Shown here piece after piece: positions 17,134 to 26,058 of a stretch of DNA of 64,000 nt. Each line of letters opens with the position of its first letter. Position 1 is the stretch's first letter. The DNA lies in NCBI GenBank assembly GCA_964406135.1, contig CAYOQO010000001.1:34439-98438 (forward strand), read 5' to 3'. The DNA is from an uncultured Pseudomonadota bacterium. GTDB lineage: Bacteria > Babelota > Babeliae > Babelales > Chromulinivoraceae. The position numbers and the translations under genes are program-made. The notes under the pieces are model-generated. The model saw only the letters and a list, made by a program, of their open reading frames with translations. It searched no databases and had not been told where the DNA came from.

Positions 17134-17850
17134 ATGAAGATTCGATCTGTGCACCAATGCTTAAAAATGATAATTTTGATTCAAGCAATATTTTTTCTGA
17201 CTGGCTGTAATAAATTAATTGAATGGGGCGAGAAAAATTTTGCACAGACGAAACGATATTCACAAGAATTTGAAAAAGCTGCACAATCTTTTTTACGATC
17301 AACATTTGTATACACAGAATTTACCACGGCTGCAACATTTGATGCGATTTTTTTAACTGACCAAATGCGTATGCTGTATGCCGATTACCATAAGCAATTT
17401 CATGATTTAAATGCAGAGCAAACATCGCTTTTAAAACAACGACTTATCAATGAAAATAAATATTTTGTTTCATTTTATTTGATTGGTAACCAAAAAGAGC
17501 ATTTGTATGATTCAGGGAAAGCATTATTTACGGGAGTTTATAAAAAATTCCCAGATTTCTTAGGCTCAAAAGATGCTGCATGGAGTATCTCAATGATGGT
17601 TGGCAATAAAACGTATATTCCGGAATCAGTTCGAATTGTTGATTTGCCAATGGAATATAGAAACTGTTTTGGAATCCGTTTAAATCAATTTAATTCAACA
17701 TACCTTGTTCGTTTTGCAGCTCAAGATGCACATGGTAAACCGATTTTTGATCCATTTAAAAAATATACGGTGACATTGCGTCTGAAATCATCCATTTTTG
17801 ACTCTGATGCTTTAGTTTGGAAAAATATCGTGTACTCAAAACAGGCATAA
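17134..17850 (+). CDS. Hypothetical lipoprotein
   Basis: AGGATGGAG SD. Signal peptide with lipobox FFLTGC. Confidence 0.6.
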   Translation: MKIRSVHQCLKMIILIQAIFFLTGCNKLIEWGEKNFAQTKRYSQEFEKAAQSFLRSTFVYTEFTTAATFDAIFLTDQMRMLYADYHKQFHDLNAEQTSLLKQRLINENKYFVSFYLIGNQKEHLYDSGKALFTGVYKKFPDFLGSKDAAWSISMMVGNKTYIPESVRIVDLPMEYRNCFGIRLNQFNSTYLVRFAAQDAHGKPIFDPFKKYTVTLRLKSSIFDSDALVWKNIVYSKQA

Positions 17851-17851
17851 A

Positions 17852-17884
17852 AAAGGCTCGCAATGTTGCGAGCCTTTTTTTATT
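17852..17884 (+). terminator. Rho-independent terminator
   Basis: AAAAGGCTCGCA-ATGT-TGCGAGCCTTTTTTT. Confidence 0.8.
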
Positions 17885-17963
17885 TTGGCAATGCTTTGCC
17901 AAAATTTGTTATTGCTGTAAGTAATAATAATTTTTTCATAATAATCTTTTTTTAAAACTTTTT

Positions 17964-18311
17964 TTAATTTCGAATTTGTGGGTTGTGTCCGGGTTCGAAT
18001 TCTGGTTGTATATCATCTGGAAAAGAATAACGAGCTTTAGCTTGATCAATTTCTTTTTCATAATGTGTTATTTCTTGTGTCGTTATTCGAAACATGCATT
18101 TCTTTAATTTGTCAGCATTATCATCTTCTATACGAAATGTTACACGGGGACCTGTTCCTGTATGGGTTGGTTGTAGAGCCATTATCAGTAATACACCAAA
18201 AACTTCAGATGTACGAGGATTTTTAAGCCAAATAGGTGCCATAGATTCAATAGATGAAGCTTGAATCACATAGGAGCTGAGAATTGCGGTCAAAAATAAT
18301 AATTTTTTCAT
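17964..18311 (-). CDS. Hypothetical secreted protein
   Basis: Signal peptide MKKLLFLTAILSSYVIQA. Lies 30 nt downstream of the FtsH-like gene on the same strand. Confidence 0.55.
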   Translation of the reverse strand: MKKLLFLTAILSSYVIQASSIESMAPIWLKNPRTSEVFGVLLIMALQPTHTGTGPRVTFRIEDDNADKLKKCMFRITTQEITHYEKEIDQAKARYSFPDDIQPEFEPGHNPQIRN

Positions 18312-18341
18312 AAAGATTATGCTTTCTTTTTTACAAATGTT

Positions 18342-20699
18342 TTAATTAATTAAATTTTTCCAAGTATAACGATCAATTGTTGTGTTGGTAATCAATTCAG
18401 CCACAATTTTTTCAAGCAATGGTTGATGCTTTTTAAGCAACTCAAAGATTTGTTGTTCATACTGATCTTTGATAGCAAGCGCTTGATTCTTCAATTTATC
18501 ATCAATTTTTTCACCTTGGCTGATCATTTCGTAAATGATGTGCATTACTTCAGCACGATCTTGCTTGTTGCATTGCGAGAATGCATCATTCATTAAAAGC
18601 TTGAGCGCAGCGTTTCCAGCAAGAAGTGCCAAGCATTCTTTTTCTTGTTCTTGATTGCTTAACAGTTCATTATGGTTGGTGCTGCATTTGGTAAATACTT
18701 CACCAAGTTTCAGGCGTTGTTCTTTTTTGCTATCAATAAGTTTGTCATTTTCAGAAGTTTTTTCAGCTTTTGAATCGATAACCAATCCAACATTAGTTGT
18801 TTTGATTTCTTTAATCACTGGATTGATGGTAATTTTGACCACTTCTTGGGTTGTTTTTAAAATATGACGAGCAACAGCTTTACCTGCTTGATAAATTGAC
18901 ACAATTTTGCGTTCTGTTTCTGACATATTTTGTGCAGGTTGAATTTTTCGAACTTCAACATCCAATGTTTTTTCAAAATCAGCTTGGGTAACTTGACGAG
19001 TTTCAATTGAAGATAAAATGTATGCTTCAGTGATGATTCGTTTTAAGTTGTTATATGAACAACCTTCAGTTTCTTGTGCCATGTAATCAATAAATTCAGC
19101 ATCCAAATTGATGCAACGTTTTGCCAACTGCTGTTCAAGATATTTTTTACGATCTTGATATTTTGGATATTCAATGTGAATAATTTTTCCAAATCGTCCA
19201 TCAACAAGTAATGCTTTATCAAGTTGCTCAGGGCGATTGGTTGCTCCGATGACAATCATCTGTTTGGTGGTCATATCAACACCTTGCATACAGGTTAACA
19301 GTTGTGCTGTTTGCTCAGGTGATTTATCACGGTTTGTACCAATCAAATCAATTTCGTCAAAGAAAATAATGCATGGAGCATAAAATGATGCATACCAGAA
19401 AATATATTCGATAGTCCATCCATTGATATCTCGAAGTGCTTTTGCATCAATAAAGTGAAGATCTTTATCATCACCAAATTCTTCTTCAATCAAAGTTCGC
19501 AGTGCTTTTGCAAATAAAGTTTTTCCAGTTTGTGGAGGTCCAAACAACAAAATTCCACGATGTTCTTCAATTTGAGCTCGTTCGTAGCGGTCAGGATGTT
19601 TCATGAAATTTGCAATTTTTTTAGCTAATAATTCAAGCTCTTCACAGCCAACCATGTCTTTGAAGTACACTTTTTCATAGCCATTTTTGCTGAGGTTTTG
19701 TTTTGCAGTACCTTGCAATTTTTGGTCATAATCTTTTAAAGCTTTACCACTTTTTTCTTTCATCCATGCATAGGAGTCACTATACATCCATGAAAATAGA
19801 TCTTTAAGATTTACAGCAAGTAATGGGCCAACCGCGATAATCGCTGCTTTTTGCAAATTGTCTGAAAGGGTTGTTAATTTTTGAAAAGGAGTGAATGTAT
19901 TAATATTGTCAGTAGATTTTACAGGAATTCCATTTGCGTTTGGCTTTGTTTTGTAAACATAATAACCACCTTCACGCCATTCGTGCGGTCGTTGTCCAAT
20001 CCAATTGTTGTACCATGTATTGTTTGTTTCTATTTCGCATTGGCATAAAATATATCCTGCAGCAATCGTTGTTAAAGCTGCAATTCCTACACCTTTTGCA
20101 ATTGAGTAAGCATGATATTTTTTCAGGCCGCGGTAAAAATGGTTATACCAGTTTAAACCAACATGCTCAGTTAGTGAAACGAGTTCATCTATTTTTTTTT
20201 GGTTGTTTTGTGCCAGCTGGATAAAAGAATCTTGGCCAACTGGTAATCCATTACGTTTGGTTAATTGTGCATGAAATGTTGCAAATTGAACTTTGGTTAA
20301 ATCAGTAGTTAATGTGTGAATTAAATAGTTGATAAGAACGTTATTGATCAAAATTCCTTGGCAAAGTGCCTCGTGAGTTGTTTGAACAAAAAGTTGATCA
20401 ACCATCATGTTGGTAAACTCTTGAATGCTGTTTAATTCTTGGTTTATTTGCTTTTTTTGCTCAGCTGTTAGTTTTAATTTTCCTGTATTGATCGTTTGAA
20501 AAAGTTGCTGAATGCTCCAACCAATTGTTTGAGTTTGATTGCGTGCTTCAGACATAAAGTGTTGAAAAATTTCATGTTCTTCTTGGAGTTGCTGAGTAGA
20601 GATTGCTTCTTGAGAAGCGTTTGAAGATTTTGTAAAAATTGATGGACAGGATAGCAATAAAAGTGTTATAGAACAAAAGCATCGAAGAGTTTTTAACAT
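18342..20699 (-). CDS. FtsH-like membrane AAA+ ATPase with an enlarged N-terminal region and a degenerate (non-catalytic) M41 protease domain
   Basis: Walker A GPPQTGKT, Walker B CIIFFDEID, SRH GATNRPEQLDKALLVDGRFG. The FtsH motif AYHEAGHA is replaced by SIYQAGKA. Confidence 0.8.
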   Translation of the reverse strand: MLKTLRCFCSITLLLLSCPSIFTKSSNASQEAISTQQLQEEHEIFQHFMSEARNQTQTIGWSIQQLFQTINTGKLKLTAEQKKQINQELNSIQEFTNMMVDQLFVQTTHEALCQGILINNVLINYLIHTLTTDLTKVQFATFHAQLTKRNGLPVGQDSFIQLAQNNQKKIDELVSLTEHVGLNWYNHFYRGLKKYHAYSIAKGVGIAALTTIAAGYILCQCEIETNNTWYNNWIGQRPHEWREGGYYVYKTKPNANGIPVKSTDNINTFTPFQKLTTLSDNLQKAAIIAVGPLLAVNLKDLFSWMYSDSYAWMKEKSGKALKDYDQKLQGTAKQNLSKNGYEKVYFKDMVGCEELELLAKKIANFMKHPDRYERAQIEEHRGILLFGPPQTGKTLFAKALRTLIEEEFGDDKDLHFIDAKALRDINGWTIEYIFWYASFYAPCIIFFDEIDLIGTNRDKSPEQTAQLLTCMQGVDMTTKQMIVIGATNRPEQLDKALLVDGRFGKIIHIEYPKYQDRKKYLEQQLAKRCINLDAEFIDYMAQETEGCSYNNLKRIITEAYILSSIETRQVTQADFEKTLDVEVRKIQPAQNMSETERKIVSIYQAGKAVARHILKTTQEVVKITINPVIKEIKTTNVGLVIDSKAEKTSENDKLIDSKKEQRLKLGEVFTKCSTNHNELLSNQEQEKECLALLAGNAALKLLMNDAFSQCNKQDRAEVMHIIYEMISQGEKIDDKLKNQALAIKDQYEQQIFELLKKHQPLLEKIVAELITNTTIDRYTWKNLIN

Positions 20700-20951
20700 T
20701 TGGGATATTCCTTTTGATGTTAAAACTGAGCAATAATGTGATTTGTTCAGTTTGGCGTTTTTGAATTTTTTATTTGTCAGGGGAGGGCGAGTTTTGGCTG
20801 TCTAGACTATATAAATATATTAAACAATGCTTGCATAGTTGTCAAATTTAAGCTATTTCTAACATAATTATTGAGTTTTTAATTATTGAATTTTTAAATT
20901 CTTAAGTATAAAAGTAAATACAAACATAAATTGAATTCGAGGAGTTTTATA

Positions 20952-22412
20952 ATGCGTCAAACAGTAAAATTCTTTTTATTAATGCTACCAGTAGTCTGTC
21001 TTGTTGCATGCTTAAAACGATCAAATCATGATAAAAAAGTTGATGTGCACTATCACATAGAAGATGCCCTGAAGCAAGAAAATGTTGTTCCTGTTGCAAT
21101 TATTGGTTCTGGCCCTGCAGGACTGAGTGCTTCGTTGTATGTTGCTCGAGCTGGAATGAAAGCATTTGTGTTTACAGGTCCTATTCCTTGTGGCCAATTA
21201 ACGCAAACAACCTTTATTGAAAATTGGCCTGGTCGTGAACGAATTTTGGGTATTGATTTAATGTATGACATCAAAAAACAGGCTGAAAGTTTTGGTGCCG
21301 TCATTATTCATGATACGGTGATCAACGTTGATTTTTCTTCTTGGCCGTTTGCTATAAAAACTGAAGATGGTAAAAAATTTAAGGCGATGGCTGTTGTTTT
21401 GGCAACTGGTGCTAAGCCAAAAACCTTAAATGTTGCAGGAGAATCGGAATATTGGGGTAAGGGCGTGACAACATGTGCTGTGTGCGATGCTCCATTCTTT
21501 AAAAATAAAGAAGTTGTAATTTCTGGAGGTGGCGACAGTGCTGCAGAGATGATTTTTGAGCTTGCGCCGTATGTTAAAAAAGTGACTATGTTGGTACGTA
21601 AAGGGTCAATGCGTGCAGCAGTTGCTATGCAAAAAAAGGTTTTTGATCATCCAAATGCGGTTGTTGAATATCATAAAGAGATTACAGGGATTTATGGAGA
21701 TGGTCAGAATGTAACCTCCATTGATGTGTATGATAATGAAACTAAGACTACAGAACGCCGTGCTATTGATGGCGTTTTTTTAGCAATTGGTCATGATCCA
21801 AATAATCAAATGCTGCAAGGTGGTGTCAAGTTGGATGAACATGGTTATGTGCTCATGGATGGACGTAGTCAGGAAACTTTAACTCCGGGAATTTTTGCAG
21901 CTGGTGAAATTCAAGATCCTGTGTATCGTCAAGCTATTGTAGCAGCAGGTGAAGGTGTAAAAGCAGCATTAGATGCAACTAGTTTTTTGTATGAAATCGG
22001 TTTTAATGCTGAAATTGGTAAGAAATTGGATCAAAACTTTTTTGAGCATTTTACAGACATAAAGCTTGAACTTCGGGAAATTACTGAAAATCAGGAACTT
22101 TATGACTTAGTTTTAAACGAATCATCGGGCCTAGTTCTTCTTGATTTCTTTTCAACCGATTGTCCTGGATGTATGCAAATGTTGCCGGTTTTGGAAGCTA
22201 TAGCGTCAAAATTAGCGGGTAAAATAACGATTCTCAAGACCAATTATCGCAAAGTTAAGCCGACTATTTTTAAAGAACTTTGGCTTAAGCATGATATTCA
22301 AGTGAAAAAAATTCCTGCAATGCTGTTATTTAAAGATGGGAAATTGCTTGATTTGAATACTAAAATCATGTCGAAGCCGCAGCTAATGGAATATTTACAA
22401 AAATTTTTATAA
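20952..22412 (+). CDS. trxB: Thioredoxin reductase fused to a C-terminal thioredoxin domain (NTRC-like), with an N-terminal lipoprotein-type signal
   Basis: VAIIGSGPAGLSA, redox CAVC, GGGDSAAE, FAAGEIQD..YRQAIVAAGEG, then a Trx domain with DCPGC. The N-terminus FFLLMLPVVCLVAC resembles a lipobox. GAGGAG SD before ATG 20952. Confidence 0.85.
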   Translation: MRQTVKFFLLMLPVVCLVACLKRSNHDKKVDVHYHIEDALKQENVVPVAIIGSGPAGLSASLYVARAGMKAFVFTGPIPCGQLTQTTFIENWPGRERILGIDLMYDIKKQAESFGAVIIHDTVINVDFSSWPFAIKTEDGKKFKAMAVVLATGAKPKTLNVAGESEYWGKGVTTCAVCDAPFFKNKEVVISGGGDSAAEMIFELAPYVKKVTMLVRKGSMRAAVAMQKKVFDHPNAVVEYHKEITGIYGDGQNVTSIDVYDNETKTTERRAIDGVFLAIGHDPNNQMLQGGVKLDEHGYVLMDGRSQETLTPGIFAAGEIQDPVYRQAIVAAGEGVKAALDATSFLYEIGFNAEIGKKLDQNFFEHFTDIKLELREITENQELYDLVLNESSGLVLLDFFSTDCPGCMQMLPVLEAIASKLAGKITILKTNYRKVKPTIFKELWLKHDIQVKKIPAMLLFKDGKLLDLNTKIMSKPQLMEYLQKFL

Positions 22413-22436
22413 ATAATTTATAAAAAAGTTGCAAAT

Positions 22437-22485
22437 AAAAACCTTTGTTTGTTACACTAAAAGTGTTATAAGCAAAGGTTTTTAA
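22437..22485 (+). terminator. Rho-independent terminator
   Basis: AAAAACCTTTG...CAAAGGTTTTT with an inner TGTTACACT/AGTGTTATA extension. Confidence 0.7.
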
Positions 22486-22514
22486 GCGTTTTTAGGTATT
22501 TTGGAGGTTGCAAC

Positions 22515-23576
22515 ATGCGTTCTAAATTCACAGCGTATGTTTTTTTAGGATTATGGGCTATTTTTGGCTCTCTTTTTTCTCAAAATTCAGAGATTTCTGG
22601 CTCTGTTCAGGCTTCAATTGACGCTTATCAAGAGTATCTTGTAGCAAGCAAACAGGCACTTGTTGGACTTGAAATTCAATCAGTATCTTTTTCGGTACAA
22701 AAAAATGGTAATTCTTTAGAGACTTTTGATCGTAAAGGTTTTTTGGCGATTCGGCCAGAAGCTTTAGGAACTGTTATTATTTGTCATGGTTATACTCAAT
22801 CAAAACATGAAGCGTTTTTTTTAAAAATTTTATTTTCACATTTTAATGTTTTGGCCTTTGATTTTCGAGCTCATGGAGAATTGATTGAAAAAGGTCAATT
22901 TTCAACTATTGGACGTGATGAAGTTTTTGATGTTGTTGGAGCTGTAAATTTTGTAAAATCATTACCTTGTTCTGTACATAAGCCAATTATTGGATTTGGT
23001 TTTTCTATGGGAGCAGTGTCGTTGCTTCAAGCTCAAGCAAAAGAGCAAAATCTGTTCGATCTTTTAATTTTGGATAGTCCTTTTGATTCAAGTAATGCTT
23101 GCATGGAACGAAATATTGATCGCATGCTGACTTTTAGCTTATTTGGTAAAGAGCGCAAATTTCCTGGTAGGGCAGTGATTATGAAAATGTTGTATAACGA
23201 AAAAATGAGTCCTATTGTTAAAAAATTTTTTCGATGGGCATCGGGCATGAATCCGTATCAAGTCCCAACAAAATTTGTTCCAGTTATTCCAATTAACAAT
23301 GCTGCAAAAATTACCATTCCATGTTTTTTTATTTCTTGCGAACAAGATCGTAGTGTACAGGTTGATTCAGTCATGCGCTTATATGAAACAGTGCAATCAC
23401 CGTTTAAACGATTGTGGATTACGCATGGTCTAAAACATTGTGGATCTTGCTTGGCGCAACCGGAATTGTATGCCTATAAAGTAAATAAATTTATTAACGC
23501 AGTACTTAAAAAAGATTTTAGGGTGTCTGAAAAAATTCGAGATGATCGAGTGGAGATTCAAAACGTTTTAGGGTAA
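22515..23576 (+). CDS. Secreted alpha/beta-fold hydrolase
   Basis: Signal peptide, nucleophile elbow GFGFSMGAVS, later DSPFDS and HGLKHC (Ser-Asp-His order). GGAGG SD. Confidence 0.75.
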   Translation: MRSKFTAYVFLGLWAIFGSLFSQNSEISGSVQASIDAYQEYLVASKQALVGLEIQSVSFSVQKNGNSLETFDRKGFLAIRPEALGTVIICHGYTQSKHEAFFLKILFSHFNVLAFDFRAHGELIEKGQFSTIGRDEVFDVVGAVNFVKSLPCSVHKPIIGFGFSMGAVSLLQAQAKEQNLFDLLILDSPFDSSNACMERNIDRMLTFSLFGKERKFPGRAVIMKMLYNEKMSPIVKKFFRWASGMNPYQVPTKFVPVIPINNAAKITIPCFFISCEQDRSVQVDSVMRLYETVQSPFKRLWITHGLKHCGSCLAQPELYAYKVNKFINAVLKKDFRVSEKIRDDRVEIQNVLG

Positions 23577-23596
23577 GCAAAAGGGTAGGGGGAATT

Positions 23597-24208
23597 ATGA
23601 AGCAATTTTTAAAAATATTTATGGTAACAGTTTTATTTCCAATCGTAGTAGTTGCAAAATATCAAGCTGTTCATAATGATGCTGAATTTGATCGATTATT
23701 AAATCAATACCAATTTTCTATTGTTTGTTTTGCGCCTTCAAATGGCTCAGATGATCAAATGCAAGATTTTAAAAATTTAAAAAATCGTATGATGGTTGCA
23801 GCAAAGCGTGATGATTTTAATTTACTTCGAAAAGATATTGGATTTTTGATGGTTGATAGCGGATCTAAAAAATTACAAGATTTGCCGCATGATTATAAAA
23901 TTTCAAAATTTCCAACGTGCATTATTTTTCAAGATGGAAAAATTATTGGATCATCAATTTTTAATCCACAATCAACATCAGATATTATTAAATTTTTAGA
24001 CAAAAATATTGGCAATCAACTGGATGATTTGATTGCAGATCGTAAGGAAGATGAACGTTTAAATCGTGAAGAACGTATTGCAAGTTATTATCAATATGCA
24101 AGTTCTCCATGGATTAATCCGCCATATCCTTGGATTCCGTATGGAACATATCCTTATTCTCGTTGGGGTGTATATCCGTATGGTCTTGGATGGAATTACG
24201 ATTGCTAA
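23597..24208 (+). CDS. Secreted thioredoxin-fold (PDI a-domain-like) protein lacking CxxC, with a Y/P/W/G-rich tail
   Basis: IVCFAPSNGSD sits where PDI/Trx has (Y)APWCGHC. cis-Pro region KFPTCIIFQDG. Tail is YYQYASSPWINPPYPWIPYGTYPYSRWGVYPYGLGWNYDC. Confidence 0.6.
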   Translation: MKQFLKIFMVTVLFPIVVVAKYQAVHNDAEFDRLLNQYQFSIVCFAPSNGSDDQMQDFKNLKNRMMVAAKRDDFNLLRKDIGFLMVDSGSKKLQDLPHDYKISKFPTCIIFQDGKIIGSSIFNPQSTSDIIKFLDKNIGNQLDDLIADRKEDERLNREERIASYYQYASSPWINPPYPWIPYGTYPYSRWGVYPYGLGWNYDC

Positions 24209-24281
24209 AATTTCGTTATCCTTGGCCTGATTTGAAAATTTCTTGTTTTTATTTGCATTGACAATCAAATCTAACTTTTTT

Positions 24282-24305
24282 AACTTTCAGCTATGAAAGT
24301 TTTTT
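24282..24305 (+). terminator. Weak AT-rich terminator hairpin, nested in a larger palindrome
   Basis: AACTTTCA-GCTA-TGAAAGTT then TTTTT, flanked by the 10-bp inverted repeat CAATCAAATC (24262-24271) / GATTTGATTG (24311-24320). Confidence 0.45.
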
Positions 24306-24334
24306 AAAATGATTTGATTGAAAGTTGTTAATTC

Positions 24335-25453
24335 ATGATTTTTAAACGTCTATCCTTTTTTGTAATTATATTTTTCACCAGTACGCATATTTTTGCGAAA
24401 AATCAGGTACTCAATCGCATAGTTGCAACAGTTGGTGTTGGTGATACGCCGTCAGATATTGCAATCACTCCTGATGGAAGATTTGGCTATGTTGCAAATA
24501 ACAATAATGATGGATTGGTAAATGGAGACTCTGTAAGTGTTTTAAATCTTGAAACGAATCAATTATTTACGACTATTCATGATGCAAGTTTTAATGAACC
24601 ATACACCGTAACCATTAACAGTTCAGGAACTGTAGCCTACATAACGAACAGTAACGGTGCAACTGTAACAGCAATTACAACACGAAGTAATACCGTATCC
24701 AATGTGATTACCGGTTTTGATGGTCCATCGGGCTTGGTTATTACACCGGATGAAAAATTTGCGTATGTAAATAATTATGGTGGTCCAATTTTGGGTAGTG
24801 GTAACGGTAGAACTGTTCGTGTGGTTGATTTAACTAGCAATGCAATTGTTGGTGCTGCAATTACGGTTGATCTTGCTCCTGCAGCTTTAGATATTACCCC
24901 TGATGGTGCGTATGTGTATGTGGCAAATTATGTTGATGGAAATCCTGGGACAGGAACGGTCAGTATAATTTCGACTGCAAGTAATTCAGTGATCAAAACT
25001 ATTCCAGGTTTTTCTGGGCCATTTTCAATCAAAATTTCATCAGATGGTTTGTTTGCCTATGTAACAAATTTTGGCAGCAATAATTTTTCACCTTATGGCA
25101 GAACGGTCAGTGTCATTAGTCTTGAAACTAACACGATTGTTGACACTATTGTAGTAGGTATTCAGCCATCAGGAATTGCTTTAAGTCCGAATGGTTTGTT
25201 TGCGTACGTTACAAATTATAATACGTTGTACCTTGGTGCAGGATTTACTGACTTAACTGCTGGGCAAGGAACGGTCAATGTGATTAATGTGTGTAATAAT
25301 CAAGTACTGTCTCAAGTGTTACTTACTGGTGCTTCGCCAGGATCTGTTGCCGTTTCTCCAGATGGTCGTTTTTTGTATGTAACTAATTATAGTTCAAATA
25401 ATGTCAGTGTCATCGATATTTATGATAAAATGTGGCTTAATATTTGTACGTAG
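24335..25453 (+). CDS. Secreted YVTN-type beta-propeller repeat protein
   Basis: Six or more repeats of the pattern (I/L)(T/S)PDG.(F/Y)(A/G)YV(A/T)N(Y/N), e.g. ITPDGRFGYVANNN, ITPDEKFAYVNNY, ITPDGAYVYVANY, SSDGLFAYVTNF, LSPNGLFAYVTNY, VSPDGRFLYVTNY. Confidence 0.8.
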   Translation: MIFKRLSFFVIIFFTSTHIFAKNQVLNRIVATVGVGDTPSDIAITPDGRFGYVANNNNDGLVNGDSVSVLNLETNQLFTTIHDASFNEPYTVTINSSGTVAYITNSNGATVTAITTRSNTVSNVITGFDGPSGLVITPDEKFAYVNNYGGPILGSGNGRTVRVVDLTSNAIVGAAITVDLAPAALDITPDGAYVYVANYVDGNPGTGTVSIISTASNSVIKTIPGFSGPFSIKISSDGLFAYVTNFGSNNFSPYGRTVSVISLETNTIVDTIVVGIQPSGIALSPNGLFAYVTNYNTLYLGAGFTDLTAGQGTVNVINVCNNQVLSQVLLTGASPGSVAVSPDGRFLYVTNYSSNNVSVIDIYDKMWLNICT

Positions 25454-25467
25454 TAAAGAGATAAAAC

Positions 25468-26052
25468 ATGATGAAAAAAATAATCTATTCTTTGGTGTGT
25501 GTCTCTTTAATAAATGCGCAGCTGCATGCTCGAAATTTTTTGTCTGATGAAGAAAGTCCAAAATTTAGTTCAGCTTTTTCTGCAGGATATGTGTTTAAAC
25601 ATGATGATCGATTTCAGGAAGTGTATGGTCATGGCATGATCGATGTGATCACAGGAGCATTTGTGTACTATCCATGGGATTTTTGGGGCTTTGGTGCCAA
25701 GGTTAGTTATTGGCAAGCAAAAGGAAAAACAACGCTGTTTAATTTTTGCACAAAACTTTATGAAGTACCATTAACATTTACGATTCAACGATTAATTTTG
25801 TTTAAGCATGGCATAGACCTTTATTTTTCTTTGGGTGGTGGAATTTCTTGGGTTAAAGAAAAAAGTTTTATTGATACCATAAAATTTCACAAAGGTATTG
25901 GCGAACTTGAAGTAGGGTTCAATTGGCCATTGTACAAAGCTTTAAAATTGACCACAGCTTTTCGATACCTTTTTCCACGACAGTTTCTGTGTGATGAAAA
26001 AATTGATGTTGGTGGATCTGATTTGCGCGCTGGTTTGGAATTTTCTTTTTAA
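25468..26052 (+). CDS. Small outer-membrane beta-barrel protein candidate
   Basis: Signal peptide, alternating hydrophobic beta-strand pattern, and C-terminal ...RAGLEFSF ending in Phe. Confidence 0.6.
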   Translation: MMKKIIYSLVCVSLINAQLHARNFLSDEESPKFSSAFSAGYVFKHDDRFQEVYGHGMIDVITGAFVYYPWDFWGFGAKVSYWQAKGKTTLFNFCTKLYEVPLTFTIQRLILFKHGIDLYFSLGGGISWVKEKSFIDTIKFHKGIGELEVGFNWPLYKALKLTTAFRYLFPRQFLCDEKIDVGGSDLRAGLEFSF

Positions 26053-26058
26053 AAGAAA

